Shown piece after piece: positions 29,111 to 42,800 of a stretch of DNA of 64,000 bases. Made by a program: the position numbers and the translations under genes. The number at the start of each line of letters is the position of its first letter. Position 1 is the stretch's first letter. A model generated the notes under the pieces. That model did no database searches. It was not told the DNA's origin and saw nothing but the letters and a program-made list of their open reading frames with translations. This DNA is from the human T2T-CHM13v2.0 reference genome, Homo sapiens, in assembly GCF_009914755.1 (NCBI RefSeq), contig NC_060925.1; one strand, given 5' to 3'.

Positions 29111-30799
29111 TTCTGTCTATACCCATGGTGGGTCAGGATGTCTGCCTTCTCCACCCCACTTCTACCCCTGCACTTTCTATGGTGACATTCAGGGATCCTT
29201 TACTGAAGTCCTAGCTTTGTTTATGTTGAGGGGAGATTCTACATATCTTGGAGAATGGAAGCTCTTAGGGCCCAAGAAAAGCCTTGCTTATCATTCCCAA
29301 AATATTAGTCTATAATTCCTTCTCACTTTAAAATTTATAAAATATATAGTTTGATCCTCACACCATGAGGTAGGTAAGAAAGACACCATAGAAGCTAAGG
29401 CTCAGAGAGCTTTGCCCCAAGTAGATTAGTGGTAAAGTTGGAACCAGAATCCAGGTCTCCCAGCTCCTGGTCCAGAACTTTTTAATTGTAGCAACTGCTT
29501 TTGTGTGCCCCAGGTTCATTCTCTTGGACCTCATGCTCTCAGCAGGTGCCACTATGGTACGCTGTATGTAAGACCACACATCCCAGGGTTAAGGCTCTAG
29601 ACTCAAGGGTACTGGAGATTTCGGCCACTGCTAGCCTCTTTGTTGCCTCTGGCTGTTGTGATTGCCACCTCCAGCTGTAGTGCCTGTGGTTGCCAGCCTT
29701 TGTATCTGCCACCTCCAGCTGTTATCTGCTGCTCCCAGCTGTTGTGCCACCTCCCACAGCCAGGCAGCTTTGTTCTCTGCGGTGGCCAGAGTCAGAAGCG
29801 GATAAACAATCAGCTACACTCCACCCCCAAGCTGGCCAGGCCCCTGGGGAAGGAATCGAGCCAAAGCTCTGGAAATCATCTGTTGCGCACCCCACCACCC
29901 CGGGGCACCCCCGCAAAATAAAACATACTCTTTCCTCTAGAGGGTGCTATTTCCCCAAAACAGTCCCAGCCGGCCAAATACCAGAGACAGAATCCTGAAG
30001 ACCAGCCTGAGTGGCGAAAGAGACAGAAACAGAGATATTCACCTTCTTTCTCCTCTAAGACTGAACTAGTGATCCTTTCCCTAAAACAAAGCCAGTCATA
30101 GCTACAGTGATGATCAGCACGTTCCCTCAGCAAGTACCACTCCCACTTACTGCTACCCCCGGAAGTTCTTCCTGAAGCTGTCTTTTTTTGCCTGTGCACT
30201 CATTTATTTTACTTGAGAGTCATTTGTTCTACTTGAGAGTCATTTATTCTCCAGGATAATACATGGATTTATCAGGGCCTTTCTTGAGTAAGGACACTGT
30301 TGTTCTTGTGACTCTCAATAACTTGATCTGTGGCTCCCCTTTGCTTTTTGCTACTTCGCTCCTGGGTTTCTCTTCCTCAAATACACTTCTGACTAGAAAG
30401 AGTGCTTCAACCTCCTCCCAGGGACAGCAGGTACAGGGGAAAGAGAAAAGCTGCACCAGCAGGGAAAGTGCTTTATCTGTTTTCTCTGTAGCCTCTCAGC
30501 ACACCATTCATGATTTGGTCTCTGCCTACTTCTGACTTTACCCTTGACAATCTTTCACAGGCCCCCTGAACTCCAACGCAGAGCCTCACTACCCAATCCT
30601 TTCTACCTTTGGACCTGCTTCTGCACTGCCCTGCTCCGTGCCTACCTGATGATCTCCTTATCTTTCAGAACTCGACTCAACTGTTAGTTACTCCCTTTGA
30701 CGCCTTCCCTGACTCTCAAAAAAACAATTCATCTTCTCTGTCCCTCCCATCCCTGCCCAGAATGGGTTTACTTTACTATGCTTGCTCTTGTACATATTC

Positions 30800-31113
<314 letters not shown>

Positions 31114-32737
31114 CTCTTGTACATATTCCTATTTTGAAGCATTATAGTGCTTTGAGATGGTTTGTTTATCATTGTTTACCATCTTTGTGCTCCTAATTTA
31201 AGACCACTGACTCTGCCTTTCATCTGTTTCCCCAGTGCCTAGTATAGTTTGTTAAGAAAGAGTAAGGGAATGACTGAAAGCCTGATCTGGACGGGCCAAG
31301 GCCTCACAGGAGACACCTAGTTCACACAGACCTTCAGGAGGAGCCACTTCAGAGTGCGAGGGGACCCAGGTTTACACAGGCTTTGCTAATGCTGCAGATG
31401 CCTACACCCTGTTTTCAGAAGGTAAGAAAATAAAAGCCCAAGATATCAGTCCCTGCTCCTTCTGGGCCAACTGTTCCATTTGCAGGGGGCTGGGGAGAGA
31501 ATGAGCTTTGTAAATTGCTACAGAGCATTGGAGTTGATTATGCTAAATTAGGTGACTAGAGAAGATGCTTCAACCCCCTCCCAGGGGCAGCAGGTGCAGG
31601 GGGAGGGGAAAAGCTGCACCCACAGGGAAAGTGCTTTGTCTGTTTTCTCTGTTGCAAGAGCAAGTTGACTGAAAGGAGCTTTGGGATATGAATACTAAAT
31701 GCATTCACTTCCAATTGTAAAATCCTTTCTTCTCCTACTTGCTGCTCTATTTTGGTTCCTAAAATAGTTAAAGGGACCATCATCCTACCCATTACCCACA
31801 CTCAAAGCCAGGATCATCTCAAACTCTCTTCTTGCCTCAACTCAACATTTATCTAAAGCCATGTGCTGTGGATTTATTATTTGTGCCTCCTCTCCTTCAT
31901 TCCATTGTCTTTTTTCAGGTCCTAATGCCTTGTGGCTGAATCACTGCATCAGCCTCCTACTCATCTCATGTCTCTGTTCTTTCTCTCCTCAAATCCATCC
32001 TACATTGCTCCTGGGTTTCTCTTCCTCAAATACACCTCTGATCAGGAATCAATGAACATTTATCCAGTACTTTAGAAAGCACTTTCACATTTTATTCTCA
32101 TGGCATTCCTATGAAATATTAAGATTATAATCCTTGTTTTACGAATGAGGAAACTGAGGCTCAGAGAGATGGTGTGACTCAGTAAACTGTGGAATTAGAT
32201 TCATGCCCAGGTCCCGTCTCCCAAATCCATCCACTTTTCATTTTACTATAATTGTCTTAGTTCTTTCTCTAGCTCAAAACATTTTAATGTCTCCCCATTA
32301 TCTATCAAAGACAGGCCAAACCCAGGCTGGCATATAAGGCCTTCCGCAGTCTGCTTCTGAACCTGCTTTCTAGCCTTATCTCCGACCACTTTTCTGCTAT
32401 GGCACACTGCATATTGCAAGCAAACCAACCACTCCCTGCTCCCTGCTGTGCACTCCCATGCTTTTCTGCCTTCCATGATCCTGCACTTCTCTCTTCCTGG
32501 GCTCCCCTTCCTCCTTGTCTTTACCTATCCAAGTCTTATCTTTCAGAGTCCAGTTCAAATAACCCCTCTTCCATGAAGCCTTCTCTGATTCCTACAACCT
32601 TAAGTAATGCCTCTCTTTTCTGAGTTTCCATATATGTATATCTATATCCAACTATACCCGTAATGGCACCGCTCTTAGTACATGGTGTATCATTTGTATT
32701 CTACTACAAATAAGGTCATTGAAAGAAGGATCCAGCA

Positions 32738-32752
32738 TTTTATTTATTTATT

Positions 32753-32806
<54 letters not shown>
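32738..32806. repeat. (TTTA)n + (TA)n microsatellite
   Basis: Direct observation. Confidence 0.95.
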
Positions 32807-32808
<2 letters not shown>

Positions 32809-33113
32809 ATCCTAAAGATTAGCACAATGTATGACACATAGTAAGTGCTCAAGAAGTATTTTATGATTGAATTAAAAGTAGGAGGGGACTCCTAACCCAC
32901 TCCAGCCATAGGGGCCAATCTAACTGACTCCATCATCATAGGGCCAGGGAGATGTGGAAGTTCTTGTCCTAGGTAGAATGGATGGAACTTCACTCTGGTC
33001 CAGCACTTCTCACTCTGGGGCCTTCTCATTCCCCCTTCTTGTCTGTATCTTCTCTTGATTTTTTAATGATGTTTTCTTTTTTCCTTGTACACATGGAAAC
33101 CCGAGATAACTAA

Positions 33114-33520
<407 letters not shown>

Positions 33521-33875
33521 TAAACATTTTTTTTTCCAGCAACTACTGGGTGCCAAATTCTAAACAAGACAATGGAATTATGGAGATGGATCAGATGTAG
33601 ATTCTTTCCGTGAAGACCTTGCAATCTAATAAAGGAGAAAACTGTAAAACAGGCAGGAAGTGATAAGTGCCATGGAAAAGGCATCAGTGAAGTACAAGAA
33701 GAGCTTGTGAAGGGAAAACTGACATCTAGTGCAAGGGAACAGGGTTGGGAAAGATGAGGAAATCCAGGGCCACCCAGGAAATAAGGAAATAAGGATCCAT
33801 TCATTTTGGTTGAAGCGTTGGGAGCACATGAAAGATCTTAATAGGACACACTGGGAAAACAGTGATGTGCTGTGA

Positions 33876-34305
<430 letters not shown>

Positions 34306-35443
34306 TAGCCTGCTGGTCATTCTTTCTTAGAGCCACTAGATGATTTCTGTTTTTTGACTGTGGAGTATTTCCTCTTGCAAATGTTTGGTTCAGGGACATG
34401 GAAGGAGAGATGGAGGGGAACTATCATGTATTGAATGCCTACTGTAGACCAGCACTTCATATTTCATCTTTTTAACTCTGTAAAACAAATCTTATTATCT
34501 TCATAATTACTGCTGAGGAAATTGAGGTTCAGAGAGCCCAGGTGACACAATTTATTGGTAGCAGAGCTGAAATTTATGCCTCTTCCTGGCTGGATTCCAA
34601 AGTCCTTTCCACCATTACTTCAAATTAATACTATAGTTTATTTGTCTTCACTGAGCAAACTCAACACTCAACAAGCAGAGATGACACCTTAAGCATAGTG
34701 GAGGTTAGCAGGAGCCAGACAGGTATGCAAAATTCACCAGCAGTGATGCCCAGGATGTATCCAAGGGTTGGAGGCGACGCCCTTCCTTCATGGCTGCTTG
34801 ATCCCATTGTTTCTCCTAGTTTTGCATGATTTGTCTTTATTCTCCCCACTTCCTTCATGTGGACTCTCCTCCCAACGGTCTTCTCATCTCTATCAATGGT
34901 GCTTCTCTGCTTGTCCTCTCTTTTCATCCTGGCTGTCACTAAAATGTCTCCCCGACCCGTTCCTCCTTCTCACCTCCCTCTTTGCCTTTGTATTGCCTAC
35001 ACATCTCTCTGGCTGTCCCTTCTTTTCCTTATGGTTTCTCCAGCTTCCTGTATCTCATCCTGGTAATAGTATGCTATCCATCTAATCATAACTCTCGCCT
35101 TCAAATTCTTTACCACACTTTATCCTTCTATTCTTCTTCTGTATCACACAGCCTATGTGTCCATATTAATAGAGATATTCTAAGCCCAAAAGCCTCCTAT
35201 TCTTCTCCCTACTTCTTCCCTGTAGAAAAGAGCCTTTTGATTGAGGGATCTGGAAATGAGATCAGAAAGGGAGGCAGATTCCTGGAAAATAAGAACAGTG
35301 CCTGCTATAGCTATTAACTAATCCAATTATCTTAGGTTTGAAGGTCTTTCTGAACCAATCACTGTTTGGTAAAGACAAATGAATAGGTGGATAGAAATAG
35401 GGACTCAGCTTGCTCTCTGTCCTACTATCTGTCCATCATGCTC

Positions 35444-36577
35444 AAGAACCCCAGATCCAGCTCTGTTCTTCTTCCAACCTTGAGGGCTTACATAATCCTT
35501 GCAGTACTTTTCTTCCTTCCCTTCCTGTCCTATCCTTCTCCTTCCTCTTCCATGTTGGGAGAGCCCTGTATGCAGTAGAGGGGTTTTGAGCACTATGTCT
35601 CAGCACCTGAGATTAGGCTGGTCTCCACACCCACACTTATCTTAGACAGTTGAGCTAGGTATCTGTCCATGCCCAGTATTCTGAAGATAGAGTGAGAGAA
35701 TTAGGCTCAAGGATGTGTAAAAGCCACTCAGAACTAAGAGACAGCACTGCTTGGTGGAACATGCACTGGACTGGGAAGTAAGAGACTTGGGTGCCGATCT
35801 CAACTCTGCCACTGACTAGCTGTGACCTCAGTCAAGCCTCTCAGCCTCTCGGATCTGTATTTCCTTCATTGTGGAATAGGGGTTGGTATTAGTTTCACAC
35901 TTCTCAAACTAGGGCATACACTAGTATGTCAGGAGGCACTCAAAGCCACAGGACTAAATTTAGTATATTTCCTGAAGTTATCAATTTTGCTCAGATTTTG
36001 AGGGAAAATGTTGTTTTAATATTATGCCAACAATGTACAATGAAGTAGAATAAACATTTTGAATGGCTTGAGACAAAAAGAGATTTCAAGGATGTCCAGT
36101 GTGTGGCCGCTTACAGCTCATCCCTGTAGATTCTAGGGCACAAATTCCCTCTCCTCTGCCTTTCAGGACACATTGCGAGGTCAGTCTGGGAGGTGCTACG
36201 TTAGAGGATGATTAGGGTCACTTCCTGCTGTAAATCTCTATGTCTAGCCCAAGTTGCCTCCACAGCAGTCTGGTCCCACTCCTCCCCCCGGCCTCGGTGG
36301 AGAGAGCAAACAGCTACTCAGCCTCATCTCACCAACCATATTATCTTTTTTTGGATACCAGTTCCAACTTGAATAGCGACCTTAGAGTCCTCCAGAAGGA
36401 GATCAGTTGCATTGGGATGAAAAAGAAGCACTTCTGGGCTTCCAAGTGTTCTTAATGAGGGTTGGGGAAGAGAAAATGAAGGAGAGGGGTAAGAGAGGAA
36501 GGGCAGGAAGAAAAGCACTGCATGGTTATGTAAGCCCTCAAGGTTGGAAGAAGAATGGAGCTGGATTTGGGGTTCTT
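35444..36577. repeat. ~100-bp inverted repeat (arms 35444-35544 and 36478-36577)
   Basis: Arms align with 10 substitutions and 1 gap; perfect 30-bp core. Confidence 0.93.
35895..36198. mobile_element. Possible hAT-Charlie-type DNA transposon relic
   Basis: Degenerate TIR-like ends cacacttctcaaact ... agtctgggaggtgct. Confidence 0.35.
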
Positions 36578-38429
36578 TTCAAACTTGATGTCTTTATTCA
36601 TTAATCCGCCTCCTGTCTTGCCCCAAGGAAAATAAACAAATAGAAATGGAGCCAGATGCACACAAATCCTGAGGTGGGGAAAAAGAGGGCAGTGTGTGTG
36701 TGTGTGTGTGTGTCCTGGGGCCTGACTCTCCAGCTGAATCACTGTTGCCTCTGTCTCCCACTCCCTGGTCTCCTTCCCCCTTTCCCTCCCATCCTCTAGC
36801 CCCAGCCTGACATCGAGGCCCTGGCCCATGGAAGAATAGGCTTTTCTTCTCTTGTGTCAACGTTTGGAAAGTTCTCATAGTCTGATCAAAAGAAAGGATA
36901 AAAGCCTTCAAAGCATTTCCTGGGAGTCTGTAACCTCTGCATGGCCCTTCTGACCTGCCTGTGTGTTTTCCAGTCAAGAGAGGGAGGGACAAAAGATGGG
37001 GCCACATCAGATATTCTCTGGCCAGACACCACCCCTGCCTGTCAATGTGAGCTGACTAGGACCACTGCCCCTTCCTCCACCTCAATCCCCAAGCGGTGCC
37101 TTCTGTCCCCTGCAAGAAAGAAACAATGTTCTGTAGAGACCTGCCCACAGGATGGCATCTTGGGGACCCCCTGTTTCGCCGGCTGGAGAGGGAGGAGGAC
37201 TTCCTGGTTCCTGTGACAAGTGGGTGCTGCCTCTTTGATGCACCTGCCCTCTCAACCTTTCACACTACCCCTATTGCACGCCCTCCTGAGTCATCACCCC
37301 ATCCCGGTATCTGCTGCTAATCATTGTCTGGGCCAGCAAGGCTCAACAGGAGCTGGTCCTTTGTGAGGAGCTTGGCACTAGGCAGGGTTCAACTGAGGAC
37401 AGAGGCTATACCACTGTCTCCTCAGCCCCAGCTCCAGCAATCCCAGTAGCCTCCCAGCCTGGCCCCATCTGGGTCCTCACCTCAGAAGAACATCTACTGG
37501 GAGATGTTAACCCATCCCTCCTCATCTTAACTGAACAGCCAGAAGAATTAGTATCAGTGCTAAGAGTCAGCTGGAAGCAATGGCATCTATAGAAATAACT
37601 CTTGTTGCTATTGTTATTCCTGTTGTTACCGCTAAGACATGCGATGCTGAAAAGGTTCCGAAGGACACTAGGGAAAATCTCAAGAGGATCCGAGCTAGGT
37701 TAGGGAGAGTCAAGGTGATAAACGAGAAGTCTGTTCAGGACCCTCCTTCCTGTGTCAGCTCTGCCTGGATCTCCAATCAGTCATCACCTGGCCTAGGCCC
37801 CGAGATTCCCCATAGGAAGAATCCATCCCCAACTTATCTCCAAAGACGCTGGTTGAGGGGATCAACCTAGTTTAGGTACCAGAAGTATTTTTTCAGTCAG
37901 AGCCCCTCACGAGAGTGTACCCCCACCCCTAGTCTCTGCAGAGGGGGCTGACCAGGTTGCAGATGGGGAGTGTGGAAGTGGTGGAGGTGAAAGGGAACTC
38001 CTGCAAATTTCAAGCTTCACCAGCGATTTACCACTCTCCACCCCATGCGGAAGACTGACCTCCCCAACCATCAGGGGGTGGGGCTCCCCAGTCCCCTGGG
38101 GCCACCCTTGCCTGCGCAGTTGCCTGTCTCATAACCTCACAGCCCCTTCCCCGACTCCAGCTCACTCCTTTCACTATTAGGTTGAATTCTATGAAATCAT
38201 CCATTTAATACATGGGTTCCCTATTGGCAATATCAAAGGGTTCAATCTAACAATACCTAATAACAGTAAAAATAACAGTAACAATCACCTCTGTAATATG
38301 GGGTTTTGAAGTCTACAAAACACTTGTATAAATTCAGAATTACTCCATTTGCCCCACACAGCCAGTCTAGGGGGGGCAGGGGGCAGTTAAAGCAACAGGA
38401 AGCAGGAAGCTCTCTCCAGTGTCACAGCT

Positions 38430-39800
38430 GACCTTCCATCATTAAATCCAAGGGTGTCTTCTCAGCCCTTGACCCCAGCAGTCTCTGCTACACTTGAGAC
38501 TGATGACTGACCGATCTGTTCTTAACACTCTCTTTTGGCTTTTATTGAGGTGTGGTGGGAATCCACTGATTTTATCTACCTTGATTAGCCATTAAGTAGC
38601 TCTGCCATTTCTAGGTTTTGTGATTTGGGGCAAATCACTTAAATGCATGAGTTTCTATTTCCCTTATCTGCAAAAGGGGCATAATAATACAGAGGTGATG
38701 GGAGAGTTCCATGTGATCATATGTGTGAGAACACTGCATGGGTTGTGAACACTACATGTGTGCACAGTCTCACTGTTACTCTCGGACACCATGTTCTCGG
38801 GGTTCTTTCTCTACCTCTGTGTTTACTTTGGATCATCTCTCTTGCTGTAATCTCTCCTCTGCACCTTAACTGTTGGTGTTTCTCAGGAATCCATCCACTC
38901 TTGACTCTCATCCTTGACCACTGTACTCCATCTTCCTCAACTGTTTCCCCCGTTCCGTGGATTCCACGTCACCTCTGCCCTGGGTGTCCAAGTACTTACA
39001 GGCTCCCGCTACCTGGAGCATTCCAATTTTAACATGTTCAGACTCAGCGTCCTGTCTCCTCAGAAGAGTCTCTTTTGTGTTTTCCTTCTTGTTCACAGAA
39101 TTACCCTCCACTAGGTGCCCAAGCCTTAGAATTACCCCTGCTTTCTCTCTTCCCCCTCATCTGATTGGTAACTAGGTCCATCATTTCTGCCTTCATGACT
39201 CCTCTTCATGTCCATGGAGGCTGCCCTAGTTCATTCACTTGAAGTGTTGCAATGGTCTCCTGGTTCTCTTGCACCCAGGCTCACTGTGCTCATCTCGGTC
39301 CTCGGCTGCCTCAGTGCACACATTCTGACCCCATCACTTGGCTTTAAAATCTTCAAAAAGTTCCCACAGCTTTCGTGATAAAATTCAAACTTCTTGGCAA
39401 AATCCTTCAATGTCTGACTCCACCTTACTGTTCACAGCCTCCCCTGGAATATTTTCCCTGTGCAGCCCATATTCTAGCCACGTGAAACATAGCCTGTGCT
39501 CCACTTGTCTGTCTCCCTGTCTTTGCTCGGGCAGCTCGCTCTACCTAGAACATCCTCTGCCTGCTCCAAGACTCCCCTCCAGACTGCTGTCTTCCCTTTC
39601 AAATCCCCTTCCTCCTTCAAGGCCCTTCCCCAGTGCTCTCTCCACTGTGGAGCCTTCCCCACCTCCCAGGTAGAAATAGTTACTCTCCCTCTATGTTCCC
39701 GGGACATTTGCCACATCATCCTTTGTTCTCCTCTAGAGATTGTGAGCTCTTTGAAGGCACAGACTGTATTTTAGTCACCTTTGTAAGCTGTTACCTTTAA
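38430..39800 (+). mobile_element. L2 fragments with embedded MIR
   Basis: Pyrimidine-rich L2-type text ending in attgtgagctctttgaaggcacagactg. Confidence 0.55.
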
Positions 39801-42800
39801 ATTTAACCTAATTGGTTAGTAAAGAGGGAGGAATTAGAATCTCTGGGTGATTCTGGGCTAGGAATGTCAACTATACAGCATGTGAGCCATCACTCATCAC
39901 CCCACCACCCCTTAGCAGATAACACTAATTCATCACAGTGCTTTTTATCTGACTGAGCCTCAGAATCATCCTCAATATGGTGATACAGAGAGTCATTTTC
40001 AATCAAATGGAGTTAGCCCAACAAATGAAACCTATTTCTTATCCTGGCATGTCTGAGTCACAAAGGTCCCTGTGTATTCTCCTTTCCCGCTATTTGCCAT
40101 CCTGTCTGTGTCACTTACTAGCTAGGGGAACTTCAGTCAATCTCTTAATCTCTCTAGAGCTCAGCTTCCTCATCTAAGGAGGCAATAAAACCTTCCACTA
40201 TGTGGTCAGGATTACAAGATTTAAAGTATATGAAATCTGTAAGGCCCTTATGCAAATAAAGATGTTATTATCCTACTTTGCAGATGAATGAAAAATATTA
40301 CTGAATCAGAGAAACTAAGGTTCAGAGACATAAAGTCACTTGCTGACGTTTATTTAATGGCAAAGCCAGACCCCATGTCTCCAAATCCTGTGGGCTTTTC
40401 CCTCACGTTGCCTCTCCACACCCCAGTGGCCTTGATGATGCTCAAGTTACACCATCCCTTCGATCTCCTTTCTCCAGGTGAGTTGTGGGGTAAGATTTAC
40501 TCTAGCCCCAGAATTGAAGGGGACTTCCAACCCACTATTCTTTATCCCACCTCTCTATAATTCCTCCAAAACCCTCTCAGCCTGCCAAGAGGTGGGCAAG
40601 TGTGTGCTGAAGACTGCTGAGTAGAGCCAAGTTCCTTAATTACTATCCCTCAGCCTCTCGCCCTCTTGTCTGCCCCCAGCCTCAGGAGTATCAGGCAGCT
40701 GGCAGCCTTCTCAAGGCCTAGGATGGCCAGGGCCCTGGAGATAATGTTCTTGGGCTGAAGGCTAATGAGTTGTCACCTGATCTACCAGAAGAGTTTGAGA
40801 AACTAGGGAGGGTATGATGAGACCTATTCCTTGGAGTCCCAGGGCCAAGACAGGGTTCTCCACCTGAGAGAAGGGCGGGGGAGGCTGACCAGATCCCAGC
40901 TGAAGGGCCCTTCTCTGTACACTTTCCTGTCTTTGAACTTGAAGTGGTGTTGGCTGGAAATGAGGGGAGGCTTGGACCTAGGGGGTGGAGGGCCCAAGAG
41001 GTAGTGGCGGGTAGGGGAGGCAGAAGAGCTACTCCCCATTGTGAGAGCACCCCCAGGGCCAACTCCTGTAGAGGCTGTTTCATCAGCTCTGTGCCTTCCA
41101 GGAAGGACCATCCCCATCTTCCCAAACAGAGAACCTTTTCTGGACTGCTTCTTAATCTGTATTTTGTTCATCTTTGTGTCCTTCTCAGTGCCTGGCATTT
41201 CTTGACTTTAAAGAGCCTGTAGGATTGATGTTCTACATCACTTTTCCTCCTTCAGGCCCCCTTTTCCATGTGCCACCCACTTCATCCTTCGGAAGTCCTT
41301 CCTCTGAGCTTCCCATTGAAGTTTCAACGTTTGGACACTTGGGGGCACTGAGTCAGTTTCCCTAGCTCTTCTCTGCAGGCTGTGCTCAGCCCCACCCTGT
41401 CAACACTCTCCCTACTCTCTACAATGAGAGGGGCAGATGGGGAAACTGAGGCCCACTGTGGGAGTGCTTAGTAGGAGTGCCTCAGTGATAAAATCCAGGG
41501 TCTTCTGTGGAAGGCACATCTCTCTCTAGTGGTGAGAAAGGACAGAGGCAGAAAACTTCAGGCCTAAGCCAAAACTTGTCCAGAGGCAGACAACTCTGAA
41601 CTTAAAGCTTCTTCCTGCACTGGCCAGGTCGTCCTAGGGGAGCCCAATGCTTCCTTGTGCTCGTGTGACCAAGGACAAGAGAAATTAGTCTTGGGAGAAA
41701 GGATGAATGAAAAGTAGGAAGAAGAGGAGAGGAAGTGGAGGGACCCTATCTCTGAAGTCCCTAGAATTACTGGTGGAACAGAGTCCTTTATGACCTGGTC
41801 TCTGCTGACCTCCCTAGCATCAGTGTTCTCTATCTGTACCCACCCACTTCACGCATGCATCATGTCCCCAGCCACACAAAACCTCTCGGTTCTTGAACAG
41901 ACCAAGCTTTTCTTAGCAAATAATGGGGTCTCTTCCATGGAACACTCTTCCTTTCCCACTTTGCTTAATTTCTACTCCTCCTTCAGGCTTCAGCTTAGAT
42001 GTCACTTTCTCTGGAAAGCCTTTCTGGATGCCCCCACCCACAACATGGGCTGCTATCCCCCTGTGTTCCCACAGTACCATGAACTTCCTACCTCAGGCTT
42101 TACGGTGCGCCAGGCATTGTGCTGGACGCTCCATGCCGTGCTTCATCCTAGCCTCCCTAGGGGGGCAATAGCATTGCCCTCAGATGAACGGGTGGAAACT
42201 AGACTTACATGGGTTAACTAACTTGCCCAGGAGGACTGCTCGTAAGGGGTGCACTGCAAGTTGAACCCAGGCCTGCTTAAATCTGCTTAAAGTCTGGGCT
42301 TCTCAACTTGCTACTGGACTGTGTCACAGAGTATTCATGCTGGGAAGTCCTCTATGGTCATCACGTTTAATACCCACATTTTACTAAAGAGGAAGCCAAG
42401 GCCTAGAAGAGGGGGGTAACTTTCCCAAGATCACACTGCTAGCTGGTAGCTCATGTTATTTTACATCAGAATCAGAGCAACAACCCTGGTCTTCTTCTTC
42501 GTCTCAACTTATCTCTTCCTACAAGATCCTTTTCCTCACCCTGGGGTCCAAAAGTGCCAGTTTCTGTGGAGCCAACCTTGGAGCATTATCCACAGAAACT
42601 CTTCCCCAGCCAACCACAGCCACAGCCACAGCCCATTATCTTCAATCTGGGCCTCCCACCTAGTAGGTCTCAGGGTCTCCCTCACCCCTGCAGAAGCTGG
42701 CCCAACAAGAAGAGTTAGAATAAGCAGCAAATAGTGAGGTCCACGAGGAGGAGACATTCAGCAATGCTCTTACTGGGGTCTGTGGAAATGATCAAGGGAT

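Noticed and set aside
35387-36829. Similar short peptides (KNPxSSSxLLPTLRAYI) on opposite strands suggesting a gene pair
   Set aside because: A by-product of the DNA inverted repeat; the copies are frameshifted relative to each other
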